64,000 nt of DNA from Basidiobolus meristosporus CBS 931.73 (taxonomy: Eukaryota > Fungi > Basidiobolomycota): the NCBI GenBank assembly GCA_002104905.1, contig MCFE01000212.1, positions 1-64,000 on the forward strand, in the 5' to 3' direction. The notes under the pieces are model-generated. The model was given only the letters and a program-made list of their open reading frames with translations, was not told where the DNA came from and searched no databases. Both the position numbers and the translations under genes were made by a program. This document shows, piece by piece, positions 1 to 12,072 of the stretch. Each line of letters starts with the position of its first letter. The stretch's first letter is position 1.

Positions 1-255
1 ACTCAAAGATTCCAAATAAGAATCTATCTTGCAATTCCAGGCTCTTGATGATTGCTTGAGACCATATAGAGACTTTTTAAGATTGCAGACTAAATGGGGG
101 CTATCTTGGTCAGCAAACCCATCAGGTTGGTCCATAAATATGTCCTCATCAAGCTCTTCATTCAAAAATACAGCTTCTACATCCACTGAATGAATAAAAA
201 ACTTTTATATGGCTGCAATAGCCAACATTAATCTGATGGAATTAAACTTGGCTAC
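1..255 (-). mobile_element. Ty1/copia (family A) reverse-transcriptase segment, continuation of the copia element at 4313-6756; runs off the window
   Basis: Reverse complement matches family-A RT at ~44215-44470 (…VAKFNSIRL…KSLYGLKQS.RAWNCKIDSYLESL). It resumes at the FAP|VAK point where 4313 breaks off. Confidence 0.9.
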
Positions 256-259
256 CTGC

Positions 260-893
260 TGTCTCCTAGAGAGAAGTGTAATACAACTTCTGAATGAGTC
301 AACTGAGCCTAAGTGATAGCTAAGTGCAGAATCTTAGAATTGTCAAGGGTGACAGATATTAGCTGAGAAGTTCTGGTCTAATATTGGTTTTGTATACAGT
401 TGGGTTGAGCTATAGAGGCAACAGAGTTGGTTTGCTATACAGGCTAGGCATGGTGTTCTTGGGAATGCTAGATATGCTAAACTTGGGTGGAAACTAGAAC
501 AGAATTGTTGAATTCTTAATTTTGCTGAGGCACAATCATAATTTTGCTGAGACACACACTAGACCAAAAGTTTCAGTAATCTGTATTTATATTTTTCTGA
601 TCAAGTTGAATTAGTAAGCACCAAGAGACTGGACTAATTAAAATCTGTTGGGGTGCTGATAGGTGCATAAGATAAATGAAAAATTGCATCATGAATCAGC
701 GGATGTCTTGGCAACTACTTAGTGGTTGGAGAGATCTCAGATGACCAATCCTTTGGAAAGGCTTAGCAGATCAGTTGAGGATGTAATGGCCACTTGAAAT
801 TGATCAGGTGTGACAGCTAAAATGAATTCTGAGAAGCAATAAATAAACCATAACAGGGATTAGTTCTGTTTGGGTTAGGGAAAATCAGCTAGG
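260..893 (-). repeat. 3' LTR of gypsy-1, truncated at its inner end
   Basis: Co-linear with 3617-~4253, e.g. the shared CAGAATCTTAGAATTGTCAAGGGTGACAGA. Similarity stops ~55-60 bp short of the full LTR. Confidence 0.8.
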
Positions 894-3616
894 TAAGTTT
901 AGATTGTTGGATTGGGTCTAGTGTCATGACATATGACCCATCTGGGAAGCTGCTGTTCCTGTGTCTTGAGGCATATGTTGAAGTCATCTTTTGGTTTGAG
1001 GTTTTACTTCTTGCACTGATAGCAGGGTAGACAATGTTGGTAAGGTACTCAAGTTGGTTCTTTAGCTTGTCTGTATTCAACTTTGCTAACTCTGCATTCT
1101 GGTAGTCTCCAAAGTGGTTGAATTCTCTTCTAAACATCAAAGAAAATGGTGTTGATCCATGTAGGGCAGCAAGTATGGTGTTGATAGCATACTGTACTGT
1201 AGGAATGTACTTCAGTTCTTTTTATGCCTTTGATAGAATTCCTGATGATGTTCACTGAGGTCTGAACATGTCTTTTGGCAAGTCCGCTAGCTTTGGGATG
1301 ATTGGAAGTGATCAGACAGAGATCAATGGCGCTATTCTGGCACAGGGCTTTGATCACATGATTTACAAATTCTGTTCCACTATCTGATTGAATGACCTTG
1401 GGGAATCCAAAAAGGCAGAAGAGCTTGAATAGTGGATGTGCAATTGTGGCAGCATACTTGTCTGGGATAGCTTTGAGGAAGACAAAACAGGTGCAGACAT
1501 CTACAATTACAAAGTGGTAGTGATTACCATCATTACTGGTGGTGAAAGGTCCAGCTAGATCAACTGCAATATGACCCATAGGAAGGCTTGCATGGATGAG
1601 ACTCAAAGGGTGAAATCCATGGTGTCTGATTTGTAAAGTTGACTTTCTCTGCATGACTTGACAAATTCTAGGCAGTCAGCTTTGATATTTGGCCAGTGAT
1701 GTCCATCAGAGTGTAGCTTCTTCATAAGAGTGATAGCTCCAAAGTAGCCAAGTAAATAGACTTGTTCCATTGTGCCATTGATCATAGTGCCAGAAAGTGC
1801 TGTATATTTTGTTATTAATTTCATATTTTAGGGCCATATCCATGTCAATTTTGATCCCAAATTGGCACTGTACGGCACCATCTGGCACTCTGTGGCATGA
1901 TCCTGATTATGTCAGTAATCACATGTCTCTCCCAAGGTGAAGTTGGGAAAAGTCTTGAAAGGTGGTCAGGCAGGATGTTGAGGATTCCTGGGCAATGAAT
2001 AACTGTATATACATAATCAATTAGAATATCAAGCCAGTTGGTAAGCATTGGAGCTAGAGTCTTTTGAGTAGGAATATAGACAATGGCTTGGTGGTCTGTG
2101 TACAATGTAAAAGGGTTACCCCATAAGTACTGATGAAACTTCTTCAAGGCAAAGATATGGCAAGTAGCTCCTTCTTGGTGGCAGAGTAGCTTCTCTCAGC
2201 AGGTTGTAGGGATCTGGCTTGAAAAGAGCCAGTGAGGTGGATTTTGGTCTTCATCCTGGTAGAGGACAGCCCCTAACCCAACATTAGATGCATCTGTAGC
2301 AACAACAAAGGTCTTAGTAAAGTCTGGGTAGGATAGGGTGAGTGCTTGTGGAAGCAATTGGCAGAGTGACTCAAATACTTGGTCATGAGTCTTGTTCCAG
2401 GCTGAGGGACGATAAGGACTATGGTGTTATGCATCAAAAGGGGCACTCAGAGAGGACATGAGAGGAATGTGTTTCCTGCAATAGCTGAATACTCCAAGAT
2501 AATGTTGGAGTTGCTTAGCGCTAGTAGGTTTTGGCCATTCAGGAATATTGACTAGTTTGAAAGGGTTGAGTTGATGGCCATCTGGTGTGTCTATAAATCC
2601 AAGTAGATAGATTTTGAGGGAAGCAAAACTGCACTTTTCAGCATTAAGAATTAGTCCAGCAGCTGTCAGTCTATTGATTACATCAATGACATGAGTTGCA
2701 TGATCATCACAGTTTGTGGAAAATATGATGACATCATCATCAAATACTAAGGCATATGGTGCATTCTTGAGTATTGTAGTCATAACTCTCTGGAACTTGC
2801 TGGTAAGTGTCATTAGGCCAAAGAGAGCTCCCTGAAACATCCATTGCATATTATTCCAAGTAAAGGCAGTCTTATGCTGATGATCAGGATGGATTTGGAA
2901 TTGGTCATATGCATCCTTCAAGTCTAATTTGGAGAATACTTTGGCACCTGATAGTGAGGAAAGGATATCCTGGATTCTTGGAATAAGAAATTTATCATCA
3001 TGAAGAAGTTTGTTCAGAGGTCTAGGGTCTAAACAGGGTCTCTTCAGAGTTAGATTTCCATTTGCAACCTTCTTGGGTGCAAGCATCAAAGGGCTGTTGA
3101 TTGTTGTGTTGAGAGGGGCTTGCATGATAATTCCATTGTCAGCCCACTTTTGGACTACTTCATCAACCAAGTGTTGACAAGAATGTGGAATTGGGTATTG
3201 CCTCCTCCATGTTGACTCACCAGGTGGGGTTTCTAGCATAACAATGGATTCTGGAATAGTGCCAAAACTGTTCCTGGGAATGGCTTGGTTTCTTTCAATG
3301 GCCAGCTGAATTTCCAATTTGACTGATTGAGAATACGCTTGAAAAGCTGGGGTCAACTCCTCTGCTTCCAGATGGGGAGAAATAATCTCTGGAATCTGAT
3401 CCATTCTGGGTGGCTGAGACTTAGTGATTCCAGGATATGAAACTGGTAGTCTGCCTATATGAATGCCAAGTTTGGTGAAGGTGTCTAGACCAATGACTAC
3501 CTGAGGTTCTTCCTGATTTCTGCAGGCTTCTTTCAACATGGAAAGATTTGGATTGCATGCTGCTGAGGACATATTGTAAAGCAGTTGAATGTAATGGAAT
3601 TCAACAAAAAAAATGT

Positions 3617-4308
3617 TGTATCCAAGAGAAAAGTGTAATAAGACTCTTGAATGAGTTAACTGAACTTAAGTGACAGCTAAGCACAGAATCTTAGAATTGT
3701 CAAGGGTGACAGAAATATTAGCAGAGAAGTTCTGGTTTTACATTGGTTTTGTATATAGTTGAGTTGGGCTATAAAGGCAACAGAGTTGGTTTGCTATACA
3801 GGCTAGGCTTGGTGTTCTTGGGAATGCAGATATGCTAAGCTTGGGTGGAAACTAGTACAGAATTGTTGAATTATAATTTTGCTGAGGCACAATTTTAATT
3901 TTGTTGAGACACACACTAAACCAAAAGGCTCAGTAGTCTTTATTTATATTTTTCAGATCAAGTTGAATTAGTAAGCACCAAGAGACTGGAATAATTGAAA
4001 TCTGTTGGGGTATTGATAGGTGCATAAGATAAATCAAAAATTGCATCATGAATCAGCTGATGTCTTGGCAACTACTAAGTGGTTGAATAGATCTCAGATG
4101 ACTAATCCATTGAAAAGGCTTAGCAGATCAGTTGGGGATGCAATGACCACTTGAAATTGCTCAGGTATGACGGCTAAAAATACATTCTGAGAAGCAATAA
4201 AATAAGCCATAGCAGGGATTAGCTATGTTTGGGTTTGGAAATATCGGGTAGGTACTAGACTTTCTTGCAAAGTGAAATTGGCTTAGTTTTAAATGTTGCT
4301 GCACAACA
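3617..4308 (-). repeat. 5' LTR of gypsy-1 (~690 bp)
   Basis: TG…CA bounded. Homologous to 260-893 and, inverted, to 51009-51586. Confidence 0.8.
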
Positions 4309-4312
4309 CTGC

Positions 4313-6756
4313 TGGTGCAAAGGTCTCAGTATAGTCAAGTCCTTTTGCTTGAGAGTATTCTTTGGCCACAAGTCTTGCTTTATATTGTTCAATTGTTTCA
4401 TCAGCCTTGTCTTTTGTCTTGACAACCTATCTGCATTCAAATTGATTTTGGTTGATTGGTAATCTGACTGAATCCCAAGTTTGATTTTCCATTAGGGCCT
4501 GATATTCCTCAGTTGTTGCAGATCTCTAAAACCTTGTCTGAGGGCTATTTAGGGCCTCTTTGATAGTCTGGTGCACATCAATATGGACTGAATAGGCTTA
4601 GGCTAAGTTTGTACCCTCATTGATATAGTAATTTGGGCTATTTCTTGTATGATTGAATCTCTGGGCATTCTAAATTGGAATGATCACTTCTGGGATATTC
4701 CTAGGCACGGATTTAGGCTGAACCATGGTTGTAGAGTCCTCTGGAGTGAAAAAATCTTCATAGCTTTGCTCTGATTCAATTCTGACAATTGGTGGACTTG
4801 AGATCATATTTTTGTCATCATCTGATGTCTTTTTTTGTGAAAATTTTGAATTTTCATCAAACAACACATCCCTGGACTTCATTAGCTTCATTGCTTTGGT
4901 ATTGTATAGTCGGTATGCTTTACTCTGATTGCTGTGGCCAAAGAAAATGCATTTTACACTTTTTTACTCAAATTTTGGCTGATTTCTGGGCAGTTTCTAG
5001 GCATATGCTGTACACCCAAATATTCTTAGATGTACTGCACTTGGTCTGTATTCACACCATGCTTCAAATGGTGCAGAATCATAAAGTATTCTGTTATAAC
5101 TTCTATTTTTAGGGTTTACAGCTGTGGCAACTGATTCCACCCAAAAATCATAGGAAAATTTTTGTTCATGGATCATAGAACTTGCCATATCAACTATTGA
5201 TCTGTTTGCTTGTTCCGCTACTCCATTTTGCTGTGGGGAGTATAGTACAGTATTCTCTTGCTTTATCCCATGAATTTTCCAGAAGTAGATGAAGAGTTTT
5301 GAGGTATATTCTCAGATTACAGATAGTGGGTAATTTGCTATTTCTGGTGCATAGAACACTTCCTTGAAGGTCAGTGTATGGCTTACTTCACTGCTTCTAA
5401 GGTTTACTTGGATAGTTCTTTCTCCCACTGCATCAAGTATTCTATTGTCACCCATGAAAACCTTCTTACTTGGAATTTCTTGATACTTGATAAAACATTC
5501 TTTTTGTTGTGTAAGGCATTGAGATGCTCCAGAGTCAATATACCATGTCTGAGACTCCTTATTTGTGGTCATACTTAGTGCAGATCTGAATAGTCTATTT
5601 TATGTTGTTGCCGCATTTCTATATTCAGGCTTTTTCAGCTGACTATCTCTGTTTTTGAAGCACTGGTCTAATGTGTGTCCTTTCCTTTTGTAGTAGTTGC
5701 AAAACAGGTTGCTGTTGTCTTTGTAAGGCCTTGGGTACCTCCTTGGTTGGTTATTGCTACTTATTAAAGCATTTTCTTCTGCCTTCTTATTGGCACTTGA
5801 TTTTCTTAATTCTTCATCCAGGAGCCTTCCATATATGTATTTTAAGGTCAAATCTTCAGTTCTGGACTCTAGGGCTGATACAAGACCCTGAAACCTGTCT
5901 GTCAGACTATTTAGGATGGCAACTATCACATCCTCATCAGTAGTTGGTACACCTATAGATTCCGTCTCATCTACCTGCAGGGTAATTCTTTTAATTAGAT
6001 TTTTCATTTTTTCTCCTGGCTGCATCTTTGTAGTAAAGAATTTTGTCTCAGATACATCTTCTTAGCAGCTGAACATGACTGGTAGGTGTCTTCTAATGCC
6101 TTCCAGGCATTCTTTGCTGTTTTTGCTCTTGAGCATTGAATTAGCAATTTGTCTTAAACATCAAGGCAAATGCAGTTAAAGGCACTTTGTTCTTTCTTCT
6201 GGTACTTTAAGGATTCTTCTCCCACATTTTTAGGATGGTGTTCTTCTGCCATGACAATATCCCAAGGGCCTCTTTCTTGCAGCAACATCTACATCTTCAC
6301 CTTCCATACTTGGTAGTTAGATCCATCCAACTTTTCAGCAGAGGGAAAAATTCCAGTAATAGCAGTAATAGAAATTGCAGACAGTGACGGCGCAGGACTC
6401 ATAACCTGTTGAAAGAGTCTTGGAGATTTTGGAAGTGATTTGGGAGGACAAGTAGATTGTATGGTTTTCACTTAATGATCTATTAAATGTAAATGTAGTA
6501 TTTATACTTTTACATGGTCTTGGCATAAAAGACACATAAAATAGACTTAGAAAGATTTCAAGAACATGTGTGCAAAGTTTGGGGCTGTTTGGACAACTTT
6601 GAGAACTTGCATGCTCTGGGTACCTGGTGCTTTGGTGAAAATATTCCAAGTAAATCCCAACAAGAAATTTAGTCAGTATTCTCTAGGATTTGAAGGTAAT
6701 GGTCTAAGTGGCTAAGGTAAGTGAATATTTAGGTGGAATTACAAATTTTTACAACA
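4313..6756 (-). mobile_element. Degenerate Ty1/copia (family A) 5' part: LTR, PBS, gag, protease, partial integrase, RT start
   Basis: LTR 6407-6756 (TG…CA). PBS GGTTATGAGTCC directly inside. gag N-terminus AEKLDGSNYQVWKVKM. Zn knuckle CNYYKRKGHTLDQC. Protease WYIDSGAS. Integrase FWVESVATAV. An internal deletion near 5310 relative to the 41385-45882 copy removes the GAG-pre-integrase and integrase N-terminal part. Confidence 0.9.
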
Positions 6757-7739
6757 AATGCCACATAGTCTACTTGTCCTCCCAAATCACTTCCAATATC
6801 TCCAAGACTCTTATAACAGTTTAATGGTTAATTGCATTATATGCAGGGGAAATGATATGATCTATGTTGTAGAATTACACCAATATCTGACAGTCAAGTT
6901 TCTGGAAGCTTGAGCTAATAATAGATAGAGATGCCCCTCACTACAAATCTGTATCACCAATAGTATGGCTTGCTCATTCAGAGTGCTGGAGTGAAAAAGG
7001 TGACTTGGCCAAATTGTGTTTCTCTTGCTGTGCATCAACATTCAAGAAAAAGCAAATCTCATCACAAAAACTGCAAGGATTCAGTCTCACTAATAGTCCT
7101 TTCTAGCACTTCAGTATCTGATCCCTTAGATTTGATCATAAAATTATCCAACTTCTATCTTATATTCATCCACCAACACTAATCAGATACTCTCATGGAA
7201 CCTCAGCCTATCTCTAAAGCTGACTAAATGGCTCACAGCACTGTATCTTTAGTGGTTTATTTTATCCCAGATTATCTTAAATTAGTGATCAAACTTCTTG
7301 GTTCCATAAGCTGCCACTCTATCTATAGTTTTCATAGCAAAGCAAATTGGTTGGGACCAAGTGTTTTTGGCACAATGGTATTGTGACAAGACTTTAGGGA
7401 GTATTGGAAGCAATTTCAAGAAACTACAAGCTGATTCTGAGAATTAGCTAAAATCTGACAAACTAAATCTCAAGTAAATAAATCATGACTTTGCAATTAG
7501 CTATGTAGAATCCTGCAATTTATGAGTAACTTTAGTGTAACCTAAGTACTGGCAGCATTAGAGCTACAAACATTCTCCAGATTACTCTAAGCTGTGCACC
7601 TATGCTCTGTTTTAAGTGTTTGGGAAAGAAAGGAAGCAATTAGAAAAATAAAAAGATTATGTATTTTAACTTGAGGATTAAGTAAATATAAAGTAGTATC
7701 AATACTGATACATAGCTATGGCAAAGTAAGCACATGATA

Positions 7740-8010
7740 TATGTTTAAAAGATCCCATGAGTACATGTGCAAAGCTTAGTAATCTTTGGACAACTTTGGG
7801 AAAACCCATGTTCTATGTACCTGATATTGGGTAAAATACTCTAGTTAAGTCCCAACCAAGAACCTGGGCAAGATGCTCTGAGATTAATATGCCATGATAT
7901 TTCCTAGGCTTTCTGGAAGTCATCACTCTTGGTAGATTTGGACTTGGAGTAGAGCCAGTTTTGTAATGATATTTTCACTTGAGAGCCCATAGGCAAGTTT
8001 GAAATATTTG
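7740..8010 (-). mobile_element. Old copia LTR/gag fragment
   Basis: 7760-7880 resembles the reverse-complemented family-A LTR (…ACATGTGCAAAG…GGACAACTTTG…). Adjacent bases resemble a gag N-terminus. Confidence 0.45.
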
Positions 8011-8588
8011 GTGGTATTTGGATCATTGTAATCTATTTACAAAACTAATATATATGTTATCAGCTTACTCAAGGGGTTCTTCAAGAGAATATGTGGTTTC
8101 TAATCATTAACATAATAGGGACCTCTGAATATTTGGGTGACAAACTAAGATCAAGCATCAAATGTACTGCTTGCCAGGAACCATATAGAGGAAGATGGCC
8201 TATTAAACTAAATTGCTCAACTGAAAGTGCCGAAACGCCGAAATGACAAAATCAAATCAATGACCATATTATCTATATCTATACATATAGTAGTAGTGTG
8301 ATAACAAATAGGAGGCAATTAAAATGCATCGGGGTATTGATTCTAAACTAACTTTGTTAGTCACCCACATATCCCTGTTGAGGAAGCTTTGTATCGGTAC
8401 GCAAAGTTATTCAGCTCGACAAGGCTGCACGCTTTTGTTTGGATGTTTGCTATGCGTTCAACTCGCATTCTATATAATGCCATGCACTAGAGGCTCCCTT
8501 CAGCACAATCCCGCAACAACACTTGTATTTTGCGAGCGAACTGTAGTCTAACTAGGAACACATACAAACCCCGACCTCACCTTCACCA

Positions 8589-9989
8589 ATGTTATATTTG
8601 ACTGCAGATTTCTTCCCGGTGTTCGTTCCGTTTGGGATCATCGGCCTGTATCGGTACATATGGTACATTATCAAACTGATGGCTTACTTCATATACGAGC
8701 CCATACAACCACGGGAAAACCCCACCTACCAGTCCAATAGGGATGTCACCATTGTGGTCCCGACCATAGACGCAGGCCAAGAATTCAGAGAGGCGGCGTT
8801 TTCCTGGTTGGCCAACGATCCCAAGGAGATTCTCGTCATAACAGAGGAGAGTATGCGGGAGCCACTTCAGAACTTAGCCAACGCGGTGAACCCCGAGAAG
8901 ATCCGGGTGCTGACGGTTGCCAAGGCGAACAAACGATTGCAGATGATCGAGGGCGTTCGTAGGACCACCACCGAGATCCTGGTCTTCGTGGACGACGATG
9001 CTATCTGGCCACCAACCTTGCTTCAGTACGTGTTGGCGTGCTTTGAGGATCGGAGGATGGGCGGAGTGGGGACCTCCCAGTCTGTCAAAGCGGTCGACAG
9101 GCGGCAGACCATATGGGAGGTTCTGGCCGGCTTTCGGTTGACTCAGAGAAACATCGAGGTCGCAGCTTCGACGCATATAGACGGAGGGGTTTGCTGCCTC
9201 TCCGGTCGTACGGCGGCATATCGGACAGCAATCCTGAAGGATCCCGTGTTCATTCATAGCTTCACGAATGACCTGTGGCTTGACAAGTACCCGCTCAATT
9301 CGGGTGACGACAAGTTCTTGACCAGGTGGATGGTGAACCACGGATGGAGCACTTTCGTCCAAGTGTGTCCGGAAGCCGAGCTTCTCTCCACGTTCAAGAA
9401 CAACTGGCGCTTCCTGAAGCAAGTCCTGCGTTGGACAAGGAACACCTGGCGCTCCGACATTCGCTCCCTTTGCACCGAACGAGTCATCTGGCGTCGCTAT
9501 CCGTTTGTGGCCTTCACCATGTTGGACAAGTTCTTCAACCCGTTCACCCTTCTAGCCGGGCCGCTCCTGGTGCTTTCGCTTTGCGTCAAGGCTTACAAAG
9601 GCCAATACCATCTGCCACTCTGGGTGGTGATCCTGTCGTACATCTTTTGGCTGCTGATCACTCGCTGCATCAAGCTGCTACCTCACTTCTGGCGTCGGCC
9701 CCAGGACATAGTGTACGTGCCAGCCTTCTTGCTTTTCAACTACTACTTTGCCATTATGAAGCTGTACGCGCTGTGCACCCTCCATGTCACCGCATGGGGA
9801 ACTCGCCAGGGCGTGGACAGCACCGGCTTCGAGGAGAAAGGGCGCGCCCCCATGCTGGACGAGAAAGCGTCGGTGGGAAGCGATGACACCGCGGACGACA
9901 CCCGCATCTCTTTGGAGGGGCCGGCAGAATCACAGCCAAAGGATGCTCCGTTGCTTCCACCACCCCACTCCTTATGTACAGAAGTATGA
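8589..9989 (+). CDS. Processive GT2 glycosyltransferase, CPS1/hyaluronan-synthase-like polysaccharide synthase (466 aa, intronless)
   Basis: D-D-D-QxxRW signature: FVDDD, CCLSGRTAAYR, SGDDKFLT, QVLRW. N-terminal and C-terminal TM helices. High GC3. Confidence 0.9.
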   Translation: MLYLTADFFPVFVPFGIIGLYRYIWYIIKLMAYFIYEPIQPRENPTYQSNRDVTIVVPTIDAGQEFREAAFSWLANDPKEILVITEESMREPLQNLANAVNPEKIRVLTVAKANKRLQMIEGVRRTTTEILVFVDDDAIWPPTLLQYVLACFEDRRMGGVGTSQSVKAVDRRQTIWEVLAGFRLTQRNIEVAASTHIDGGVCCLSGRTAAYRTAILKDPVFIHSFTNDLWLDKYPLNSGDDKFLTRWMVNHGWSTFVQVCPEAELLSTFKNNWRFLKQVLRWTRNTWRSDIRSLCTERVIWRRYPFVAFTMLDKFFNPFTLLAGPLLVLSLCVKAYKGQYHLPLWVVILSYIFWLLITRCIKLLPHFWRRPQDIVYVPAFLLFNYYFAIMKLYALCTLHVTAWGTRQGVDSTGFEEKGRAPMLDEKASVGSDDTADDTRISLEGPAESQPKDAPLLPPPHSLCTEV

Positions 9990-10158
9990 GCGAATCTGCA
10001 TACAATACCCCCGAGATATACATATATATATATATATACTTAGTCTAGTGAAACCCACGAAATAAACTCATGATTGTCTACGAACAGCGGCAAATGAACC
10101 TATTTACAGTGACTTGCTTCTTTATTGCCCAATTAATTCCATCAACCTCTCCGAACAT

Positions 10159-11418
10159 TCAGTGCCAATCTCTATTGAGCGACGTCAACTTGCGCTCTAG
10201 GCTATTTACCTGGCTATGGAGCCTGCGATTTTCCGAGGTGACCTGTCGAAGTTTACGATAGGCCTGCGCGGAGATGTCATCGAACTGAGTCCGAGCATTG
10301 TCCATCGACTTCAACAGGCTGGATCGGGCCGATTGCTCCAGAGCAAGCTGCTTCTTGATCTTCTCCAGCTCTTTCGACAGCATGCTGTTCTCCCATCTGA
10401 GCGACTCAAGATCCTGCTGAGCGGCGTCGGTGGGATGCCTGGGCAGATCGGACGTGAGGGGAAGTTGCTGCGCCATCGACATTGACATCTCCTCGATGGT
10501 GTGAAAGCTATCCTCCGAGGAGAAGGATGATGTGCGTGAGCGTGGGCCGCTGACCTGCTCCTCGCAGTCATCCTTATCTGCATGTTGAATCACTTCCTCT
10601 TCGGATTGGAAAGACACCTTGATGCCTTTTGGGGTCTCTAGGGGTTGGTCCCTGAGCGGTAACCGAGCCGGGGACCCCCCCTTCCGGGCCATTCCTGCCT
10701 TTGGCGCTGGGGAAAGCCGGAATGGTGTGGATGCGGCTGAATCATACTGACGCCTATTCATTGCTGGGCCATGGGGTCGGTTGGTGGGGATGGGTGGCGG
10801 TCTGTTGTCCTCCCAGTCTTCTTCATACGCCTGCAACTGGTAGCGCTGGGGGTGTTGTCCTCTCAGAGAGTCTAGGGTGGCTTTGCTGTGGTCGAATATG
10901 CTGTCTACGGGAGATGGTTGAGGGGATATACTGAACAAGGAAGCGGATGGGGAGGAAGGTAAGGACTGTTCGGAAGAGGTTGTCGCATCTTTATCCCCGC
11001 TCCTCTTGGATTTTTTGCCGAACGTTTTCTTGATCAGGGAGCTGATGGATTTCTTCTCTGCAACCATCAAGGTAGCTCCGGTGGACGAGGTGTCCGAGTT
11101 GGCCTCCGTATCGCTTCCAGGATAATTGTGGCTGTCGAGATCGGCCATGGTTTCGGCAGGGTGAGTGGTGCTCAGCTGTGCATATGAATTAAAGTGAGGT
11201 AGGGCAGACCTGGGGGGACTGTCTACCGAGGAGTGCTTTAACTTGTGAGAGAAGTTGTCGAAAGAGACCTGCTTTTTCAGGGATTTTCTTGCAGGGTGTT
11301 GGCCGACCCGAGCCTTCTCCGAGGGATTATTCGACACTGAGCCGCGCCTGTTTGATACCAAGGAAAGCCTTGTGGGCGGCTCCGTTTGTAAGATTCGATC
11401 GAACTCTTCGGTTGTCAT
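10159..11418 (-). CDS. Uncharacterised 419-aa protein: Ser/Pro-rich disordered region plus C-terminal coiled coil
   Basis: Long open frame in the gene island. Heptad-like C-terminus (LESLRWENSMLSKELEKIKKQLALEQ…LHSQVNSLERKL). No recognisable family; an upstream exon is possible. Confidence 0.7.
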   Translation of the reverse strand: MTTEEFDRILQTEPPTRLSLVSNRRGSVSNNPSEKARVGQHPARKSLKKQVSFDNFSHKLKHSSVDSPPRSALPHFNSYAQLSTTHPAETMADLDSHNYPGSDTEANSDTSSTGATLMVAEKKSISSLIKKTFGKKSKRSGDKDATTSSEQSLPSSPSASLFSISPQPSPVDSIFDHSKATLDSLRGQHPQRYQLQAYEEDWEDNRPPPIPTNRPHGPAMNRRQYDSAASTPFRLSPAPKAGMARKGGSPARLPLRDQPLETPKGIKVSFQSEEEVIQHADKDDCEEQVSGPRSRTSSFSSEDSFHTIEEMSMSMAQQLPLTSDLPRHPTDAAQQDLESLRWENSMLSKELEKIKKQLALEQSARSSLLKSMDNARTQFDDISAQAYRKLRQVTSENRRLHSQVNSLERKLTSLNRDWH

Positions 11419-12072
11419 GAGGCGCTTTTCTCTGAGTTTTCTTGGGCTGTTGATGTTCTCCTCAAACGGCCCGGCGGCTGAAGGGTTTGTGGAAGTCTGG
11501 AAGGCATTTAGTCCTTGTCAAGGTGACTGCGAGCAGTGAATAATGAGCTTACCATGGCTTCAAAGCCCATACTATTACTTCCGGAAAAGGGAAAGCGGGG
11601 AGGGAGGGAACTGTCGAAGAAGAGGGGGGAACGTAGGTGGAGTTGGGAAATAAAGTTGTCGTGGTGTGGTGACGACAGTGAAGATATAGAATGGAAAAAA
11701 ATAAGCAATTGTGGGGAGGCAAACAATAATAGTCGTACATATTTAGCCACACGAGAACTATATTAAATTTCCTTTTATTGTCACTCCCAGCGACAACAAC
11801 TACTAATTGTTGCATTATTCCGCAAAAAGCAATTCGTCGAGGCCACGTTTTGCCTCCATTTGGTTGTGCAAATTAAACCATCCGAGACTAAGGATAGACA
11901 ACAATCCATAGGCAATCTGATTAAATGTAAACAACATGGTGATTGGATTCCTCTTGCAGGCTTTGTTGACACAAGCGGATTACCCTTTGTTTTCACCTAG
12001 CCGACCTTTCAGAAGCCACTCTATTTTCCAGCCGCACTGCATTCATCCAACATACCCTCTTGCACGAAGAAA

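Larger units (their letters stand above)
260..4308 (-). mobile_element. Degenerate Ty3/gypsy LTR retrotransposon (protease tail-RT-RNaseH-integrase, gag absent) nested in copia RT
   Basis: ORF 2427-3572: RT (RPCLDPRPLN, FSKLDLKDAY, LVFDDDV). ORF 1845-2147: RNaseH (FTLYTDHQA). 1603-1824: H2C2 (HHWPNIKADCLEFVKSC). 1130-1654: integrase (IAVDLAGPF, IQSDSGTEF). Direct repeats at 260-~893 and 3617-4308. TG at 260, CA at 4308, CTGC on both flanks (256-259, 4309-4312). Confidence 0.88.

Noticed and set aside
260-4308. Long direct repeats and short motifs as a CRISPR array or prophage/att structure
   Set aside because: They are LTRs around retrotransposon pol; no repeat-spacer periodicity, and the context is eukaryotic.
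7380-7540. Possible hAT dimerisation-domain relic (EYWK…ELAKI)
   Set aside because: Only a few residues match across several stops; insufficient.
8324-8551. 75-aa ORF upstream of the GT2 gene, and ORF 6970-7182
   Set aside because: Short, no motif, atypical codon usage.
8874-9422. Long antisense or alternate-frame ORFs over real genes (8874-9422, 9326-9886, 13811-14413, 16214-16873, 17349-17789, 21668-22210, 23921-24433, 27000-27488)
   Set aside because: Shadow ORFs expected from high GC3 codon usage; they overlap well-supported genes and have no motifs.
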